From: Lytechinus pictus
Lineage: Eukaryota
DNA length: 64,000 nucleotides
Assembly (NCBI RefSeq): GCF_037042905.1
Contig: NC_087251.1
Location: 5,086,001-5,150,000, forward strand
Direction of reading: 5' to 3'
Shown: in pieces, positions 62,116 through 64,000 of the stretch
Layout of the letters: every line of letters begins with the position of its first letter
Position numbering within the stretch: position 1 is the stretch's first letter
The notes under the pieces: model-generated
Seen by the model: the letters and a program-made list of their open reading frames with translations, nothing else
Databases searched by the model: none
Told to the model about the DNA's origin: nothing
Translations under genes and position numbers: made by a program

Positions 62116-63032
62116 TTTTTTGTCTCGCCTGCATAGCAGAGCGAGACTATAGGCGCCGCTTTTCCGACGGCGACGGCGGCGGCGGCGTCAACATCAAATC
62201 TTAACCTAAGGTTAAGTTTTTGAAATGACATCATAACTTAGAAAGTATATGGACCTAGTTCATGAAACTTGGACATAAGGTTAATCAAGTATTACTAAAC
62301 ATCTTGCCTGAGTTTCAGGTCACATGACCAAGGTCAAAGGTCATTTAGGGTCAATGAACTTTGACCATGTTGGGAGAATTATTTTCAAAATCTTAACCGA
62401 AGGTTAAGTTTTTGAAATGACATCATAACTTAGAAAGTATATGGACCTAGTTCATGTAACTTAGGCATAAGGTTAATCAAGTATTAGTGAACATCCTGCT
62501 CGAGTTTCAGGTCACGTGACCAAGGTCAAAGGTCATTTAGGGTCAATGAACTTTGGTCAAGTTGGGGGTATTTGTTGAATTACTATCATAACTTTGAAAA
62601 TTTATAGATCTAGTTCATGAAACTTGGACATAAGGTTAATCAAGTATTAGCAAACATCATGTGCGAGTTTCAGGTCACATGACCATGGTCAATGGTCATT
62701 TAATGTCAATGAACTTTGGCCGTGTTGGGGGTATTTGTTAAATTACCATCCTAACTCTGAAAGTTTATGGATCTAGTTCATAAAACTTGGGATATAAGAG
62801 TAATCAAGTATCACTGAACATCCCCTGTGAGTTTCAGGTCACAAAACCAAGGTCAAAGGTCAGTTAAGGTCAATAAACTTAGGCCATGTTGGGGTAATTG
62901 TTGAATTGCCATCATAACTTTGAAAGTTTATAGATAGAGTGATTGAAATGTGGACATGGATGTAGTTGACAAGTCTTAAGTCACCGTTCAAATGTCATTT
63001 ATGGTCAATGAACGTGGTATTATGTCATTATA
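62116..63032 (+). mobile_element. Helentron/HINE-type element with ~180-bp tandem units, interrupted by Tc1
   Basis: Same 5' end as 50204; 4-5 repeats of CATAACTT.GAAAGT.TATGGA.CTAGTTCATGAAACTTGG. Confidence 0.75.
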
Positions 63033-64000
63033 CACTACTCAAAAAAAGTTAAGGACCACTTTTTAAAACGTACATAAAGATTTTATACAAGGTGTTTTAT
63101 TTCTGGAAATACCTCAGTACAACTGTCCTAAATGTCCTTAAACACGCTGTAATCAATTTCACGCATGGGTGGTTTCAGTTGTTGCACAATGTCTCTCGCA
63201 TCACTGCACATCCTGAAAAGTGGGCCCCGAGGGGTATCAGCTACCGACATGAAGTGGTAAAAACGAATGTCTGAGTGTCTTTCAGGCAGTTCAGTAACGA
63301 GTGTGACCACCTCCTGCAGCAATAACGGCTTCACAGCGCTGTCTCATGGAGCTGATGAGGCGATTGATGTCTCTGACGTCCAGTGCATCCCATGCAGCCT
63401 CCAGAGCCACACCCAGCTGCTGCAGTCCAAGTGGATGGGCTTCGAGCTGGTCGAGACTCCTCCCCATCATGTCCCAGACGTGCTCTATCGGGTTTAAGTC
63501 CGGGGACCTCGCTGGCCACTCCATACGCTCAATCCCCTGGCCCTCAAGGAACTCGGTCACCACCCTAGCTCGGTGGGCACGGGCATTGTCATCCATGAAA
63601 ATGATGTTTTGTCCCACATTTTCTGCAAATGGCACCACTATAGGTTCAAGGACCTCATCCCTGTACCTCACTCCTGTCATTGCTCCCCCTGGGACCACGT
63701 AGAGACGAGTACGGTTGGCGTAGGTGATGCCTCCCCACACCATGACGCTGCCTCCCCCATAACGGTCATGTTCTGCAATACAGGGGTCTGCAAATCTCTC
63801 TCCTGGTCGCCTCCAGACTCTCGAACGTCCATCATTGTGGTCAAGGGAAAATCTGCTCTCATCTGTGAACAGAACTCTACGCCATTGCTGTCTGGTCCAT
63901 CTGACATGCTCCCGGGCCCAGTTGAGACGAATTCTTCTGTGAGCAGGGGTGAGTGGGACACACTGAGCTGGCCGTCTGGCATGCATATTGGCTCTGTGAA
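63033..64000 (-). mobile_element. Tc1 DNA transposon (runs off the right edge)
   Basis: TA|CACTACTCAAAAAAAGTTAAGG terminus inserted at a TA of the HINE, whose empty site is visible at ~50795; transposase ORF inside. Confidence 0.9.
63291..64000 (-). CDS. Tc1 transposase, DD34E catalytic domain (5'-partial)
   Basis: VLFTDESRF, VMVWGG, FMDDNARAH and SPDLNPIEHVWD; 34 residues between the second D and E; no stops. Confidence 0.93.
   Translation of the reverse strand, partial: HRANMHARRPAQCVPLTPAHRRIRLNWAREHVRWTRQQWRRVLFTDESRFSLDHNDGRSRVWRRPGERFADPCIAEHDRYGGGSVMVWGGITYANRTRLYVVPGGAMTGVRYRDEVLEPIVVPFAENVGQNIIFMDDNARAHRARVVTEFLEGQGIERMEWPARSPDLNPIEHVWDMMGRSLDQLEAHPLGLQQLGVALEAAWDALDVRDINRLISSMRQRCEAVIAAGGGHTRY

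Noticed and set aside
63331..63982. Overlapping alternative-frame ORFs in Tc1
   Set aside because: Expected by chance in GC-rich coding DNA; no recognisable motifs.

Overview
AT-rich animal (eukaryotic) genomic DNA. The repeat families suggest a marine invertebrate, probably an echinoderm (inference). Most short ORFs in the track are spurious. The backbone is one spliced + strand gene that I recognise as an ERMARD/C6orf70 (DUF4209, HEPN-type) orthologue. I traced 13 GT-AG coding exons from 9943 to 42251, giving about 593 codons in one consistent frame; the last exons were not found in the window. Introns and flanks are packed with mobile DNA: the 3' part of a near-intact L1/Tx1 LINE, a decayed Crypton tyrosine-recombinase transposon with a non-autonomous partner, a decayed DIRS/Ngaro-like retrotransposon carrying an SGNH/GDSL hydrolase, a Tc1 (DD34E) transposase with an open frame, a CR1/L2 remnant, tRNA-derived SINEs, Helentron-type elements with internal tandem arrays, and many MITEs with TTAA, CAG, TA, 8-bp or 9-bp target duplications. 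I cannot claim a new biological system. The most unusual observations are a perfect 119-bp inverted copy linking a Helentron 3' end to a Crypton hairpin apex, interleaved TAGAC-ended hairpin modules near the likely promoter, a possibly spliced hydrolase in the DIRS element, and two intact RX4H motifs in ERMARD.
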